A stretch of DNA of 64,000 nt from Octopus sinensis (taxonomy: Eukaryota): NCBI RefSeq assembly GCF_006345805.1, contig NC_043008.1:67022001-67086000 (forward strand), in the 5' to 3' direction. Positions 25,397 through 39,145 of this stretch are shown here, in pieces. Under the pieces are notes generated by a model. That model was not told where the DNA came from. It ran no database searches and saw only the letters and a list, made by a program, of their open reading frames with translations. Each line of letters starts with the position of its first letter. The stretch's first letter is position 1. The position numbers were made by a program, and so were the translations under genes.

Positions 25397-25784
25397 ACTA
25401 GCAGTATCGCCCGGCGTTGCTCAGGTTTGTAAGGGAAATAACTATAAAGCATTTTTAGAGAGTTATAGCCAAAAAATAGCAAAAAAATGGAAAAAAATGA
25501 TGGTAAATTTTTTTTTGAGAGTTAAAAAAGGATGGAGTTGCGTCCCCTAGACAGTTTGTGGTTTGTGTTTCTTATTCTCGACCCCATGTCGAATTTATCG
25601 ATTTATTTCAGAACTGGGGGAACTTTTCAAAATTTTGGCTGTGTTAGTTTTGAATTATGACATTGGGCTATGTGTGTGTCAAGTTTCATCAGAATCGGTT
25701 GAAAGCCGTGGTCAGGGTGAGGGTACAAGCAAACAGACACACAGAAACACGCACAGACAAACTGCCGTTTATATAGAGAGAGAT
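25397..25784 (-). mobile_element. Non-autonomous Helitron-type element
   Basis: Minus strand starts ATCTCTCTCTATATAAAC..GTCTGT and ends CCTGAGCAACGCCGGGCGATACTG-CTAGT (subterminal hairpin plus CTAG). Confidence 0.7.
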
Positions 25785-25890
25785 ACTGTGTTGGTTATCA
25801 AATCTATAGACATGTGCCAAAGCACATTGTACTAATAAAATGTAATATTGTTAATACACTAGTTATTCAACATGCGCACAACACACACAC

Positions 25891-27003
25891 CCCTGACCTA
25901 ATATGCTACAAATCCCTTATTTTGGTTTGGAAAAAATGAGGTAGAAGCCCCCTCCCCCAATCATTGGAAATATTTTTTTTGTTGAATGAATTCCTGTGAC
26001 CTCCTACCTAGTATTGCACATGCACATGCACACACACAAATATATATATCACATGGAAAAATGCAAGTATGAAAAGTAATATTCTTAAGATTATAAACCT
26101 GGAAAAGTACAGGACAAATTATTACACCTGTAAAAGTATTGGAGAAGCTATTACTTCTGGTAAAGTAAAGAATAAGAAACTGTTTACTTAAAATATTGCA
26201 GCTAAGAATACCAGTTCTTCTAATTTATCACTCTTTACAGTTCTCATCTTATAAATTTATTGTACAAAACTGTTCAGCTAATTTCTCTGTCTAATAAGTC
26301 ACTATTTTTCTGTATTTACGGTAGTAAATTAGCCAAATTCTACTTAAATAAGTATAGTGTTATTTGTAAACTATAATAAAATAAATTCTAATATTGAAAT
26401 TTTAATTTTAGCTGCAATATTTTAAGTAAAAAGTTTCTTATTCTTTACTCTACTAGAAGTAATAGCTTGTCCTATACTTCTACAGGTGTAATAACTTGTC
26501 CTGTACTTTTCCAGATTTATAATCTTAAGAATATTACTTTCATACTCACATTTTTCCATGTAATCCAGGCATTTCTGTTATAAAATAATTAATAATATGT
26601 CAATTAATAATTTAAGATTTTACCTTATAAAATACTGAAAGATAATATTTCAATTTTTCCATGTAAGTGATGATAATATTTCAATTTTTATCATGTTTAA
26701 TTTAAATATATGTTGTGATTGAATTATTTGATATAACCCATCCACACCAAATTAATGGCAGGGATTTTTACCATGTTTGTTGGTTGCACCATGGCTCACC
26801 AAAAGTTACAAACAACAAGACCCCAAAAGCATCAGTTGCCAGGCTCACCTTAAGTAACCTAATTTTGCAATATTAGGAGGTCACAGGAATTTGTTCAACA
26901 AAAAAAAAATTCAAATGATTCTGGGATGGGGGAGGGGAACCCCCCACCTCATTTTTTCCGAACCAAAATAAGGGATTTGCAGCATATTCGGAGGCCAGGG
27001 TAC
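25891..27003. mobile_element. Outer inverted-repeat element (arms about 25891-26017 and 26864-27003) enclosing the 26051-26562 MITE
   Basis: AAATCCCTTATTTTGGTT..GAATTCCTGTGACCTCCTA mirrored by TAGGAGGTCACAGGAATT..AACCAAAATAAGGGATTT. Confidence 0.75.
26051..26562. mobile_element. MITE with about 150-bp terminal inverted arms
   Basis: ACATGGAAAAATG..AAAAGTAATATTCTTAAGATTATAAA..TATTGCAGCTAA mirrored by TTAGCTGCAATA..TTTATAATCTTAAGAATATTACTTTT..CATTTTTCCATGT. Confidence 0.85.
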
Positions 27004-27433
27004 TTGATTCCATGCAAAAAATAAAATTTTTTGTTTTTTTTTCTTAGTGAAAATCGTGCAGGTGTTAATATAGAAATTTACCATAATGTTGTTATTTAGC
27101 CTCAAATCAACCCTGATACTGCAAACCTAACATCAAAGACATTCCAGCCTTTAGCAAACTGTCTTTTTAGGGGCAATCTAGAACATTACATGCAATGGGC
27201 ATGTGAATTAAGTTGGGGGATACTTTTGCTGCTATTTTTAGTGTGTCGAGCAACCAGGTAGAGGCTCTTTCATTGGTTCGATTGCGTGATGAGATTTTTT
27301 TTCACATATATGTAATATGTATATATATCATCAGCAGAAGTTAGAGAGTAAGTCAAAACCTGAGAGTTTCATGTATTTGCACTTATCAAACACGAATTTT
27401 TCCATTGCCACTCTGTAACTTGTGACGAAATAA

Positions 27434-27850
27434 CTTCTAAAATACAAAATTTTGTCAAAAACTTTAAGAGTAAACCCTGTTCTATGTGACACATTCTACC
27501 AGTATCGAAAGTTTGAAAGTGTTTAATTTAAAAAAATTAATTAAATAATCTGTATGTCTAATTGAATATATCCAAAATGGAAGAAAGGCAAAGTCAACCT
27601 TGGCAGAATTTGAACTCAGAACGTAAAGACAGATGAAATACCACTTCTAAAATACAAAATTTTATCAAAAACTTTAAGAGTAAACCCTGTCCTATGTGAC
27701 ACATTCTACCAGTATCGAAAGTTTGAAAGTGTTTAATTAAAAAGAATTAATTAAATTATCTGTACATCAAATTGAATAGATCCGAAATGGATAAAAGGTA
27801 AAGTTGACCTCGATGAAATTTGAACTCGAAACATAAAGACAGACGAAAGC
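27434..27850. repeat. Tandem duplication of a 210-bp chimeric unit that includes a family D SINE fragment
   Basis: CTTCTAAAATACAAAAT..GTGACACATTCTACCAGTATCGAAAG at 27434 and 27644. Confidence 0.9.
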
Positions 27851-28923
27851 ATTTCATCCTGCCTGCTAACATTTCTGCCAACTCGCTACTTTAGAATGTA
27901 AACATTCATTTTAGAAATATATTCTTTATTCTTATTGCTTGGGGCATTACTTCTTACTTCCTCACGTACTAACATTAAATTTCGTGACATTTTACCTCAT
28001 AACTCTTTCTACAATTTTTTGTTCAATGCAACTAACGATTCTGAATTTCTCATGCATTTTTCTATCATTTAAGCCTAAGAAAAGTATGTTAATTGAAGAT
28101 GAATATCTGTCTTACTGACTGACCACCTTGAGGTCTGACATATTTTGATGCAACTTTTTTTCTACTGAACCAAATCTCAGTAGGTTTTTTAGTGTTCCAG
28201 GAATTGATGAAATAAAGGACCAGCCTGGCTGCAGACTTACCGGTTTTCTAGTGTAACACCACTACACCTGGTCCTTGGATAGCTTTAACATAGTTCACTC
28301 TGTTGCAGGCATTTGAGCCAAGTCTCTGGTTTGAGGATAACTTCCTCCCTCTCCCCCATTAGTCTTAAAAACCCTGAAAGCAGAGTCATGGATACTTTCC
28401 ATCCTTCTCTGACTAATCAATAAAAATAAAATTCAAGATTTGACAATTGTGTTTGATACTGGGTTTATAAATTCTGCCATTTGTACTGATACCATTGCCT
28501 GTGCACATGATGTAACTATGGCTTACAATCATCTAGTTATATTTAATACTTACACTATATAAACTGTTATGTAACTTGGCACCAGCAAATATGAGAACTG
28601 TTCTCACTGAAATGTTATGTCTACAGAGCACTGACTAACTCACACCAATATTCTGACAACTGTACCACGTAGAGAATATAATGCAATGAATGGTTGTAAC
28701 TGACAAGCTGAAAAGGTCCACATGACATGCACTGGCTAATGAAATGCCTAAATATTCTAACATAGAAGTCATTTTTAAACTTGTTTCAAATTCTCTCCAC
28801 TTTGATTCCATATATCTGATGTAGATATGTTCTGTGTCAATGAAATACTTAAAATTCTAAATGTTTTGAGTGTTACTTTGTTAACTTATACATGTACACA
28901 CAAACACACATAGACATGTGTTC

Positions 28924-28980
<57 letters not shown>

Positions 28981-28994
28981 TATATACACATATA

Positions 28995-29115
28995 TACAGG
29001 AATCCCTCGCTTTATGGGAGTTATGCGTTCCTGAAAATCTGGCAGTAAATGTGAAATTTCATAATGTGAAATCAATTTTCCTATTGATTTTCATATTATC
29101 AAGTGAGATTGCATT
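28995..29115 (+). mobile_element. Possible pogo/Tigger-type terminal fragment
   Basis: TA-CAGGAATCCCTCGCTTTAT resembles Tigger-type TIR starts; no partner TIR found. Confidence 0.35.
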
Positions 29116-29116
29116 C

Positions 29117-29152
<36 letters not shown>

Positions 29153-29906
29153 ATACACATACATACACACACGTTCATATACACATGATACCCACTGTAG
29201 CCAGTTGGATTCAAAAGTCGTGGGTTGATAGTGGCGATGATGTGGGTTGCTTTGGTTTCAGAGTGTTAATAACGATGGGCAGGTATTGGTAGTGGTGTGA
29301 TGGTCATATTATTCTTGCTAAATGTATCATTGTAGCTGTTAAGTCTCGAGTCAATCCTCAGAGACCTAAGATCAAAGACATTTTATCCAACTTTTAAAAT
29401 ACAATAAGATATGGCATTACATGTTTTTCTTTGAAATAGATTTGCTTATCTTCTTCATACTATATATTACTGCTGCTGTTAGTGTTGATGATAGAAACAC
29501 ACCCACACACATACATAGGTACACATTCATACACACACACACACACAATGTACAGTATGATAATTCTTCTTGAAATCGTTAACTATATACTTTGATCTTA
29601 ACTAAAATGCAAGTGGCCATTGAACTAAGAAGAAAACGTAGTTTTAAATTGCTAACAATTTAAAATTATGCAATCAAAGTTTCCAAAAGAGTGAAATTCA
29701 AAACCGTATCCTAAAGTTAATAGTAATACCTTACAATTTCTGTAAGCACAAAATCCCATAACCTGCAGCAGCCATTATGTAGGGAGTGCCTATATACATA
29801 CATACATACATACATACACATATATATATATATATATATCATACATCCATGTAAATATATATATATGTATCATACATACATATATATATATATATGCATA
29901 TATCAT

Positions 29907-29937
<31 letters not shown>

Positions 29938-29959
29938 CATATCTATACCTATGTATGTC

Positions 29960-30013
<54 letters not shown>

Positions 30014-30101
30014 CATATATAGGTATAGATATGTATATATATATATATGTTTGTGTGTGTATGTACATATGCATATATATACATGAATGTACGATAAATA
30101 C

Positions 30102-30136
<35 letters not shown>

Positions 30137-30290
30137 ATACATATATATATGCATATATCATACATACACACACACACACATATATACTGTAATACATATA
30201 TATATGTGTGTATATATATATTTATACTTGATTTTGTGTGTGTGTATGTATGTGTGTGTGTGCATGTATATATATATATATATATAAACT

Positions 30291-30465
30291 GGATTAAGAG
30301 AAATATATGTATAGGATTTAAAACACAATAACCCGATATTGAAAGTATCTACATCCCGGATTAAAAAGATATTTGGATGTTGGATTTAAAAGCTATATAT
30401 TTAATGGTTTTAAAACAAAATCATCTACTCGATTTAAAGGATATATATGGATTGGATTACAAAAT
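30291..30465. repeat. Degenerate minisatellite with about 24-bp period and GGATTTAAAA core
   Basis: Cores at 30291, 30314, 30334, 30358, 30382, 30406, 30430, 30454. Confidence 0.7.
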
Positions 30466-30831
30466 ATATATCTTTTACCTTTTACTTGATGCCTCATCAC
30501 TTTAGCATCCACTTCCCATGCTTGTATGGGTTGAATGGAATATATTGAAGCAGATTTTCTATGGTCATATGCTTATTCTGTCACATATCTTACACAAGGT
30601 AATATTTCCCCCTGGACAGACATGTTCTTGCAGAATATCGGAAATGAATGACATCGCTTGTATGAGAGTGACAATCATTTTACAATTATCACATGATGTC
30701 ACGAATAGGACTCAAGATAAGGAGACACAAGCACACACTCATTCATTCATTCATACATATTTTACATTACATACATATATTACATACATACATGGTGAAT
30801 TAATGTGGAACTTGCAGATCTTGTACTATCA

Positions 30832-31070
30832 TCATCATCATCGTTTAACGTCCGCTTTCCATGCTAGCATGGGTTGGACAATTTGACTGAGGACTGGTGA
30901 ACCAAATGGCTGCACCAGGCTCCAATCTGATCTGGCAGAGTTTCTACAGCTGGATGCCCTTCCTAATGCCAACCACTCTGTGAGTGTAGTGGGTGGTTTT
31001 TACATGCCACCAGCACAGGTGCCAAGGGAAGCTGGCAGCCAAGGAAAGCTGGCATCTAAGGGAAGCTGGC
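30832..31070 (-). mobile_element. Retroposon family C
   Basis: (CAT)n CGTTTAACGTCCGCTTTCCATGCTAGCATGGGTTGG...CAGCTGGATGCCCTTCC. Confidence 0.75.
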
Positions 31071-32045
31071 AGTATCAATGTACTAACAAATTTGCACAAA
31101 AGCATAGAAATACTCAGTTTCATGGAGAAAGAATAAAAGAAACTGATAAGGATTCTCCAAATCCAGTTTATGAGTGGAACAGTGAAGATTTGTAAGACAT
31201 TTGAAAAATTCTCCATCTGAGATTCTTGTGTGAATAGATGCACACATTTGAGTGTATGTATCGACAGTTCAATCAAGACACTAAACTCAACCACATATTT
31301 GTAAATACTGGGAGCTCTCTCATCTCATAAAGTCTTGTAGCTTTGTTAGCGAATTCTCTCAAGAAGAACTTAGATAAAACTCCAAGAAAAATCATGCATA
31401 CATACATATATATAACAGGCTTCCATGCGGTTTCCATCTGCCAAATTCATTCAGAAGGCATTGGTCAGCCCAGAGCTAGCATAGAAGACATTTGCTCAAG
31501 GTGCTGCACAGTGGGACTGAACTCAAAACCTCATGGTTGCAAAGCAAGTTTTTTAACCACACAACATCTATAGAATTTTGAAATATTTCTTAGCTTATAT
31601 CTCCTACTTCAATCAATACATGGCTACATTGAAGAATGTCTGAACCATTATTGGAACAATGTGGGTCTATAAGTATTGGATTTATCAAGGAATTTTGGTT
31701 ACTATCAGAAGGATCTTTTAACACACAGATTGTCTATGTTCAATACATTGGATGGTAGAGGAATTTTTGTCTTTGTGCTGGAATTTTAGTCTTTTTGCCC
31801 CAACCTCTTTGACTGCAATAGCTGTGTGGTTAAGAGATTTTCTACATTATATTCAATTGACCAATTGCCTTTGTATGGAATTTGGCAGATAGAAGTTTTG
31901 TGGCAACCCACTGAATCTCTCTCTCTCTCTCTCTCATCTCCTATTTTTCCTCTGGTATTTATTCCTTCAAATTCTTTTGCTGAACTGCTAAGTTACAGGT
32001 ACATAAGTTGTCAAGTGGTGGGTGGATGAGTCGGGGACAAACGAA

Positions 32046-32093
<48 letters not shown>

Positions 32094-32234
32094 GTGAAAT
32101 AGAAATAATAATATGTTGTAGATAATCAAAGTTAACCGATACCTTAGTAGCAAAAATCCGCATGAAACAGCACGGTTGGAGGTACAACCATCTGGCGTTG
32201 CAACCGTGCGTTGGTGCGGATAATTGAAATTAAA

Positions 32235-33038
32235 ATTATTGGTGAATTGAAGAAATGGAGCTGAACGCAGATGAACAGAAATCGTTTTATTTCATTCTAC
32301 ACGTGTTTCGAAAGGCACAAATTACCAAAATCCGATTGAATAATGGGACCATATTGTGTCTTTCTCTCAGGAAGAAAAAGGAAATCCGTTAGAGAAACAA
32401 AAACAGAACAGAGGCGGAGCAAAACCAAATCGAACTATGCTCCTAAGAGCCCATGGCGAAACTGTTATCAGTGTATGCTGAGAACCGGTGGCTGAAGAAT
32501 TCTACAGGTCAGGCATCGGTCAATCATGTGGGTGAGGGTGTATAGATGTTCTTAGTGACCGAGAATAAAGTTCTGACTATTTAAGGAATATTGGATGTTT
32601 TATAAGGGGCGAGAAAAATCTACTTAGAGACGTGTGTGTGTGTAACGTTCTATATATGTGTGTGTTGGCGTAAGGGTAGAAAACACTTTTTGTGTACGTG
32701 TGTGCGTTGGATCGTTCGGCTGTCATGGCTACTGCCGTGATAACCGTTGGGTGGCAGAAAGAAAAAAATATATATATTATGTTTTATGTGTGTGTGTGTT
32801 CATCTGAGCCTGCCTTGTCAAGGAAACCCCCCGCTGTGAAAACCAAGCCCGTTTGTCTTACAGGAGTAATTCCCCTTGCAGTGATAATCGTAGATATCTT
32901 AAAGGCTATTTCAGAATTTGTTACCAAGGGCTATGGGTGCGGTATTATTTATAAACGCTATTTAAAACGATTTCTGTTCAAATAAAACGATTTCTGTTCA
33001 ATCTGCGTTCAGCTCCATTTCTTCAATTCACCAATAAT
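32235..33038. mobile_element. Penelope-like relic with inverted terminal segments and a hammerhead-like motif
   Basis: 32235-32290 is the reverse complement of 32982-33038; hammerhead-like fold on the minus strand at 32290-32377. Confidence 0.6.
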
Positions 33039-33440
33039 GTATATAATATAATAATATATATATATATATATGACAGGCTTCTTTCAGCTTCTGTCTACCA
33101 AATCCACTCACAACACTTTGATCAGCCCAACGTCATAATAGAAGACACTTATCCAAGATGCCATGCATTGGGACTGAACCCAGAACCAATTTGGTTGGGA
33201 AGCAAGCTTCTTACCACACGGCCATGCCAGCACCTCTATTATATTACACGTACAGTCACCTGGAAGACAAACAAATGTTGTTTGGGAGATGTCTATGACA
33301 ATATCTGTTCTGCACCAATTTGCAGACACTCCACTGTCACTCTCTCCCTCAGAATTACAGTAAGCCAATAAATGACCAATTTGCAATCTAAACTAATGAT
33401 GTTATTAACTAATTGTGATGTATAATGAAATAAATGAATA

Positions 33441-33830
33441 AATAAACAAACAAAAGCACTCAGAGAGTGCAAACTTCTGCCAAGTCAATGCCAACATCCT
33501 CTAATGATTAGCCTGAGATGATTTTTAAAATGAGAATATCTGAAATAAACTCAGCTGCTCTCACAAACGAGAATACTAAAAATGAACCTGACCACTCTCA
33601 AAAATTAAGTAAAAAAACAGGAAAAATAATCCAGAATCCTTGTTTGGTACTGGATTGATCCCAAAATTTAATCAGTTCATGGCAATCACAGGGCCAAACA
33701 TCCCTGAAAGTTTCATTCGAATCCATCTGGCAGTTCTTGAAATATCTTGTCCACAGACAAACAAATCAACAAGCAAACAAACAAATGCGACTGAAAACAA
33801 TACCTCTGTCTTAACAAAGCAGAGGTAATA
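33441..33830 (+). mobile_element. Helentron-associated (HINE-like) non-autonomous element
   Basis: Starts AACAAAAGCACTCAGAGAGTGCAAACTTCTGCCAAG, has an ACAA microsatellite and ends in hairpin ACCTCTGTCTT-AAC-AAAGCAGAGGT-AATAA. Confidence 0.5.
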
Positions 33831-34078
33831 AGCATCAGTTCATTACTCTAAACACTGGAAGCAGACTATAATTGTTAAGTAGTTCAATCAGTTAGAATTG
33901 ATTCTGACAGAATACACAGAATATTGGACATCAGACTGTACTGAGTCTGTACCCAAGGCTCTTAAGTCTGAAATTGCACAGTCGCTTCCTTCTGTCTTAA
34001 ATTGATATTAAAAATAGCTTGTGCAATTGAAAGAAACCTGTTGTGTGTGTGTGTGAATGTGATGTACACATGTATACA

Positions 34079-34112
<34 letters not shown>

Positions 34113-35278
34113 TGTGTATGTATATATGTATATATCTGTGTGAGTGTCTGTGATATGTTTGTTTATATGCCGGTAACTTAGCAGTTTGGCAAACAAGACC
34201 AATAGAAAAAATACCACACCTAAAAATAAGCACTGAGGTTGATTTTTTTTCAGCAAAACCCTTCAAGGTGGTGCCCCAGCATGGTTGCAGTTCAATGAGT
34301 GAAACAAGTAAAAGATGAAAATTAAAAGATTATCGGAATCTACTTAAACCAAAACCAGTCTCTGCAAGATTTCCTTTAAAAAATTGTGCATTTTACAGAA
34401 ATTTATAAGAATTAGAATAGGCAGTGATACATCAAATTGGATATGCACATATCCTGTACCATTTAGGTTAACTGTCTTGTTATCTCTATCTTAATCTCTC
34501 TCTCTCTCTCCCACTCAATATACAATGTAAAATGTAACTGGAGAAACCAACCAAACAACGTTTATGTTGGCTATTGTTAAATAGAGATTTTTATTTCGTA
34601 TAAAATTTTGCATTGTTCAACTAGAATGCAGATTGGAAGATTTTCAAATAGTTTTCATGACAATCTAGAACATTCTCAGGCTGTTTTCCAAAACTTTATG
34701 AGTAGCCATGTTAGCAGTGATGTATTATTGATGTATTGATTAATTATAAGAGAAGCCAAGATTCAAAATGAAATTTTATTTTGCATAAAAATATCAATTT
34801 TCAACTTTCTCAATATAAAGAATCAATCACATGATAATAATTACAGCAAGTTAATTTTTGTTTATAAATACCAGCATATTGCTGTTGTTGTAATTTTTTA
34901 GTATCAGATCAAGGTTGGTGGATTAACAAAATCATTAGAGCACCAGGAAAAGTACTGGTAGTGGTATTTGTTTTGGCTCTTGACATTCTGAGTTCAAATC
35001 CCACCGCCTTTTGTCTTTTCAGGTGTGATAAAATAAAGTATCAGTCAAGTACTGGAATCGAAAGGATTGTCTAAACTTCTCCACCCTCAAAAATTGCTCC
35101 CCTTGTGCTGGAATTTGAAACCACTGTGTTTAAATTCTGCCAAAGTCAACATTGCTTTTCATCCCTTTCATAAAATAAAGAACCAGTCAAGTACTGGAGT
35201 TTATGTAATTAACTTCTACTCACCTAAAAAACTGCTGGCCTGGTGCCAAAATTTGAAACAATCATTAGTATGATGGTG

Positions 35279-35318
<40 letters not shown>

Positions 35319-38300
35319 GAAAACTCTCAGCCTATTTTGCTGGGTATGATGAAAAGTGTCAGCTGTCACAGCCAGCAGACTAAGGTGATACTTGTTTATT
35401 GGTTGTGCTTCAAGAACCCTGTGAAGAATTCTTATAGTTCCAAGCAATGCTTATTTTTGTAGGTGTTCTACCTTCACACTTGCACCAATCTTTTTCAGTC
35501 ATGTTGGTATTTGAGTGCTGATACTTCCAAGTGTGCCAATTACTTTTGGTATCACATCTCATTATTATTATTATAATTGAGTGAGAGAGTAGCACATGCC
35601 ATCAAAGTGACACTGGGGTACATATATAAGGAAGCCCAATATATCCATCATGACTACTTGTCTAATAAGGGTACACCAGGCACATGCATCACAACCATAT
35701 GCGTACAACATGGTGATCTCATATCAAGATAAACAGCACATGACATTGCAGATGAGACCCAGTTACAATTTTCTTCAAGCTGAGTAGCCCATTCCACTCA
35801 AAAGGTCCCTGAATAAGGTTTGTTTAAGGACGTTGAATGACACACCCATGTTTTCAGAGATGAATCATTCAAACTCCAAAGAATCCTTCTCAAGACATGG
35901 CTAAGATGCTCCCCCACTACTTCTGCTCGTGATCAGAGATGCACATATCGTCAGCCACCAAGGGACATGCTCAACTGATTAAGGTCAAACAACTGACAAG
36001 CAAATCTGTGGTATTGAGCAAAATATTTGCTGTAGCCCATCTTTTATACCAAGATAAAACATGTGCTTGATAACACTTATCATTATTATTATTATTATTA
36101 GCATGCTAGATGAAATGCTTACCAGTATTTTGCCCATCACTACATTTTAAGTTCAAATTCTGTTGAGGTAAACTGTTGCCTTTCATCTTTTCAGTATGTC
36201 GATAAACTAAGTACCAGTGGAAGACTGGGATCGATGTAATCAACTAGTCCCAAGCCCCCAAATTTCAGGCCTGTGCCTTTAGTAGAAAGGATTATTATTA
36301 TTATTATTTGACACTTGATGGTTTCAGGCAAATTTCTACTGGATCACCTGCTACATTTACATGTTGCTGAGGTGTGTGCATCAAGGCATGTTCTTTTTTG
36401 TTATTGGGTAAGTGCAAACTTTATGTCATATTTTTCTTTCAAGAAATTCATAGGAAAAATAAGCCTCTTCTTCAGTCAATTTATCCATCTTTACATTAGT
36501 CTCAGACAACATATTTAAAAGCATAAAAAGTTTGACAAAAAAAAAACAATATAAAAGTGGTAAAATCAAATAAAATATGTGTGAAAATATGTATAAACCA
36601 TTTATTAAAACATATATAAGTTAATAAAGATTCAAAGTGTTCTTAAAATGCATGTTATGTTTTATTATGAGTTAAGTCGTATGTCTTGGAAACAATAAGT
36701 GATGTAAGCTGAGGCATGACCCCAGTACTTGATTAGTACTTATCAACCCTGAAAGGATGAAAGGCAAAGTTGACCTCAGTGGAATTTAAGCTCAGAATGT
36801 AAAGACGGATAAAATTCCACTAAGTATTTTGTCTGGCATGATAATGGTTCCACCAGGTTGTTGTCTTAATAATAATAATGCTTTCTATATTCACCACTAA
36901 TGGTTCCCAAAGAACATTGGAGATGGTACTAGACTATACAATGTGGAGTTACATAAAGGAGCATTTAAAAAATATATGAGGCGGTACCATCACACCCAAT
37001 ACATGATTAGTATTTTATTTTATTGTCCACAAAAGAATGAAATACAAAGTTGACCTGAGCAAGATTTGAACACAGAATGTAAAGAGGTACAAGAAATGCT
37101 TCTAAGCATGGATGATTCTACCAACTTGAGGCTGTAAATACTTGGGAAGTATTGTTACTTAAATATTGAGCAGAATTTGTAGGTTGGACAAAATCTGAAT
37201 TAGTAAATCTGGACAAAAGAAGCCAGCATTGAAAATAGATGTTAAACGATGATGATGATGAAGTAAATTGACCTGAAAAAGCCCTGTGCTAGTGTCACAT
37301 AAAAAGCATTTGTGCCAGTTCCACAGAGGAACACTCTTGCTGGTGCCATATTAATTGCATCCAGCACACATTGCAAAGAAACAACATCCAGCTGTAGAAA
37401 CCAAGCCAAATCAAACTGGAACCTGGTGCTGCTCGTCAGCTTGCCAGCTCTGATCAAAACACCCAACCCACATCAGCATGGAAAACAAACACTAAAAGAT
37501 GATAGATAATGATGATGATGATATTAGTTTTAGCAACCCTCTATATATTTCATTATACATATATCTAAAAGAAAAAAAAAGTCTTCAAAGTGTCCTTGAC
37601 TTATAAATTTAACTTCTTAAAAAAATTGCTTTTTTTAAATGTTTTGAAACTCAGGCATGTTTTGTGCATTAGGTATTTACAGCCGTAGTAAATTTTGTAC
37701 GTAAATAAATTTCTTCGGCATTTGTAAAGTAAAAATATATTTTGTTTGCATTTTGTAATTAAATTCTTATCCTTAACAAATTGGAAAAGTCATTTAAGTA
37801 TGGATTTTTTAAAAGCTCATTCTACTTTTTATTTTTATTTTTAGTATATTTCGTTCTCTAAACAGTCTTTAGTTGTTTACATTTTAAATATCAGAGATTT
37901 AGAAACTGCAAAATAAATTTTTCCAATTTTTTAAAATAGTTTTTTTTAATTAAAAAAAACCAAAACCAAAACTGATTATGGTTAGTTCTTTACAGCTTCA
38001 CTACTAGTGTATTCATATATATGTATATATAATATAAATAATATGTAAGTATATGCATATATACATACATATATGTACATACTTACATATATATGTATAT
38101 ATACAGGCATATATGGGTACAGGACATCAAAAAAACGTGAACAAAAAGAGAAACAGGAACATAAACGAACATAGAAAATAAACTTTTATTCGAACAACAA
38201 AAGAAACAAAATTAGAAACGAGACGGGCAACAAAAGAACATTCCCTTCATCAGTTGCCCCCTGTTTTATCTACTCTGCATTTGTCCCTATCTTCACAATA

Positions 38301-39145
38301 TATATATATATATATATTTTGATGTTGAGGGTAAGTCATTGTGGATAATAAGCTGAGGTCATTTTACTATATCAGCAGTAAATAAATATTTTGTCACATG
38401 CATGCATATATATTAATACCTAATCAAAAGGAAAAGAAAAAAGAATTTTTAGAAGTGAAATGGTCAAGAATGAGAAGAAAAGGAAGAGAAGAGATCAAAT
38501 ATATAGGAGTGGGAGTAAGGGGGATTTTCTAGGAGTGAAGAAGAGAGGATGGGGAAGAAAGAGGGGGAAATGGGAGATAAAGTTTCTAGACATAATGGGA
38601 ACATAACAGTCAAAGTTAAATTAGTGACTTACTACTTAACATTCACATACCCATGAATACACTCTCCATGCACCTATAGTATCTCGCAGGTGTGCATGTG
38701 TGCATATGCACCTGCATATTCTCATGTGCATGTATGTATGTAGGTATGTGTGTGTGTATGTATGTATGTATGTATGTATGTATGTATGTATGTATATATG
38801 CATGTGTTTATGTATTTGTGGAGGTGCAATGGCCCAGTGGTTAGAGCAGCAGACTCGCAGTCGGAGGATCAGTTTCGATTCCCAGACCGGCTGTTGTGTG
38901 TGATGTAGAGAGATCACAGGGTTAAGAAAAAACATAATGGTAGCTAAATACATAGATAAGCTTCAAGTTGAGGATGGGGATGCAGGAGGATTGGCTAGGG
39001 AATAATTGGGAAGGACACTATTATTTGTACTTTAAGATTGTGTTACATAACTTCCATTTGCAATTTAGAATTAGGTCACTGTTCATTCAGGCAATTGCTG
39101 CATTGCATAATACATAAGACTTCTCCGATACAAAGATCACATTTG

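Noticed and set aside
29735-29775. Minus-strand ATG-initiated mini-exon [13 protein letters not shown] with a GTAAGG donor
   Set aside because: Ends in phase 2, incompatible with the phase-1 acceptor at 17260.
30291-30465. CRISPR-like repeat-spacer array
   Set aside because: Core is only about 10 bp and imperfect, the context is eukaryotic and no cas genes are present; kept only as a minisatellite.
38819-38900. Possible tRNA gene
   Set aside because: Truncated head of SINE family B; no complete acceptor stem.
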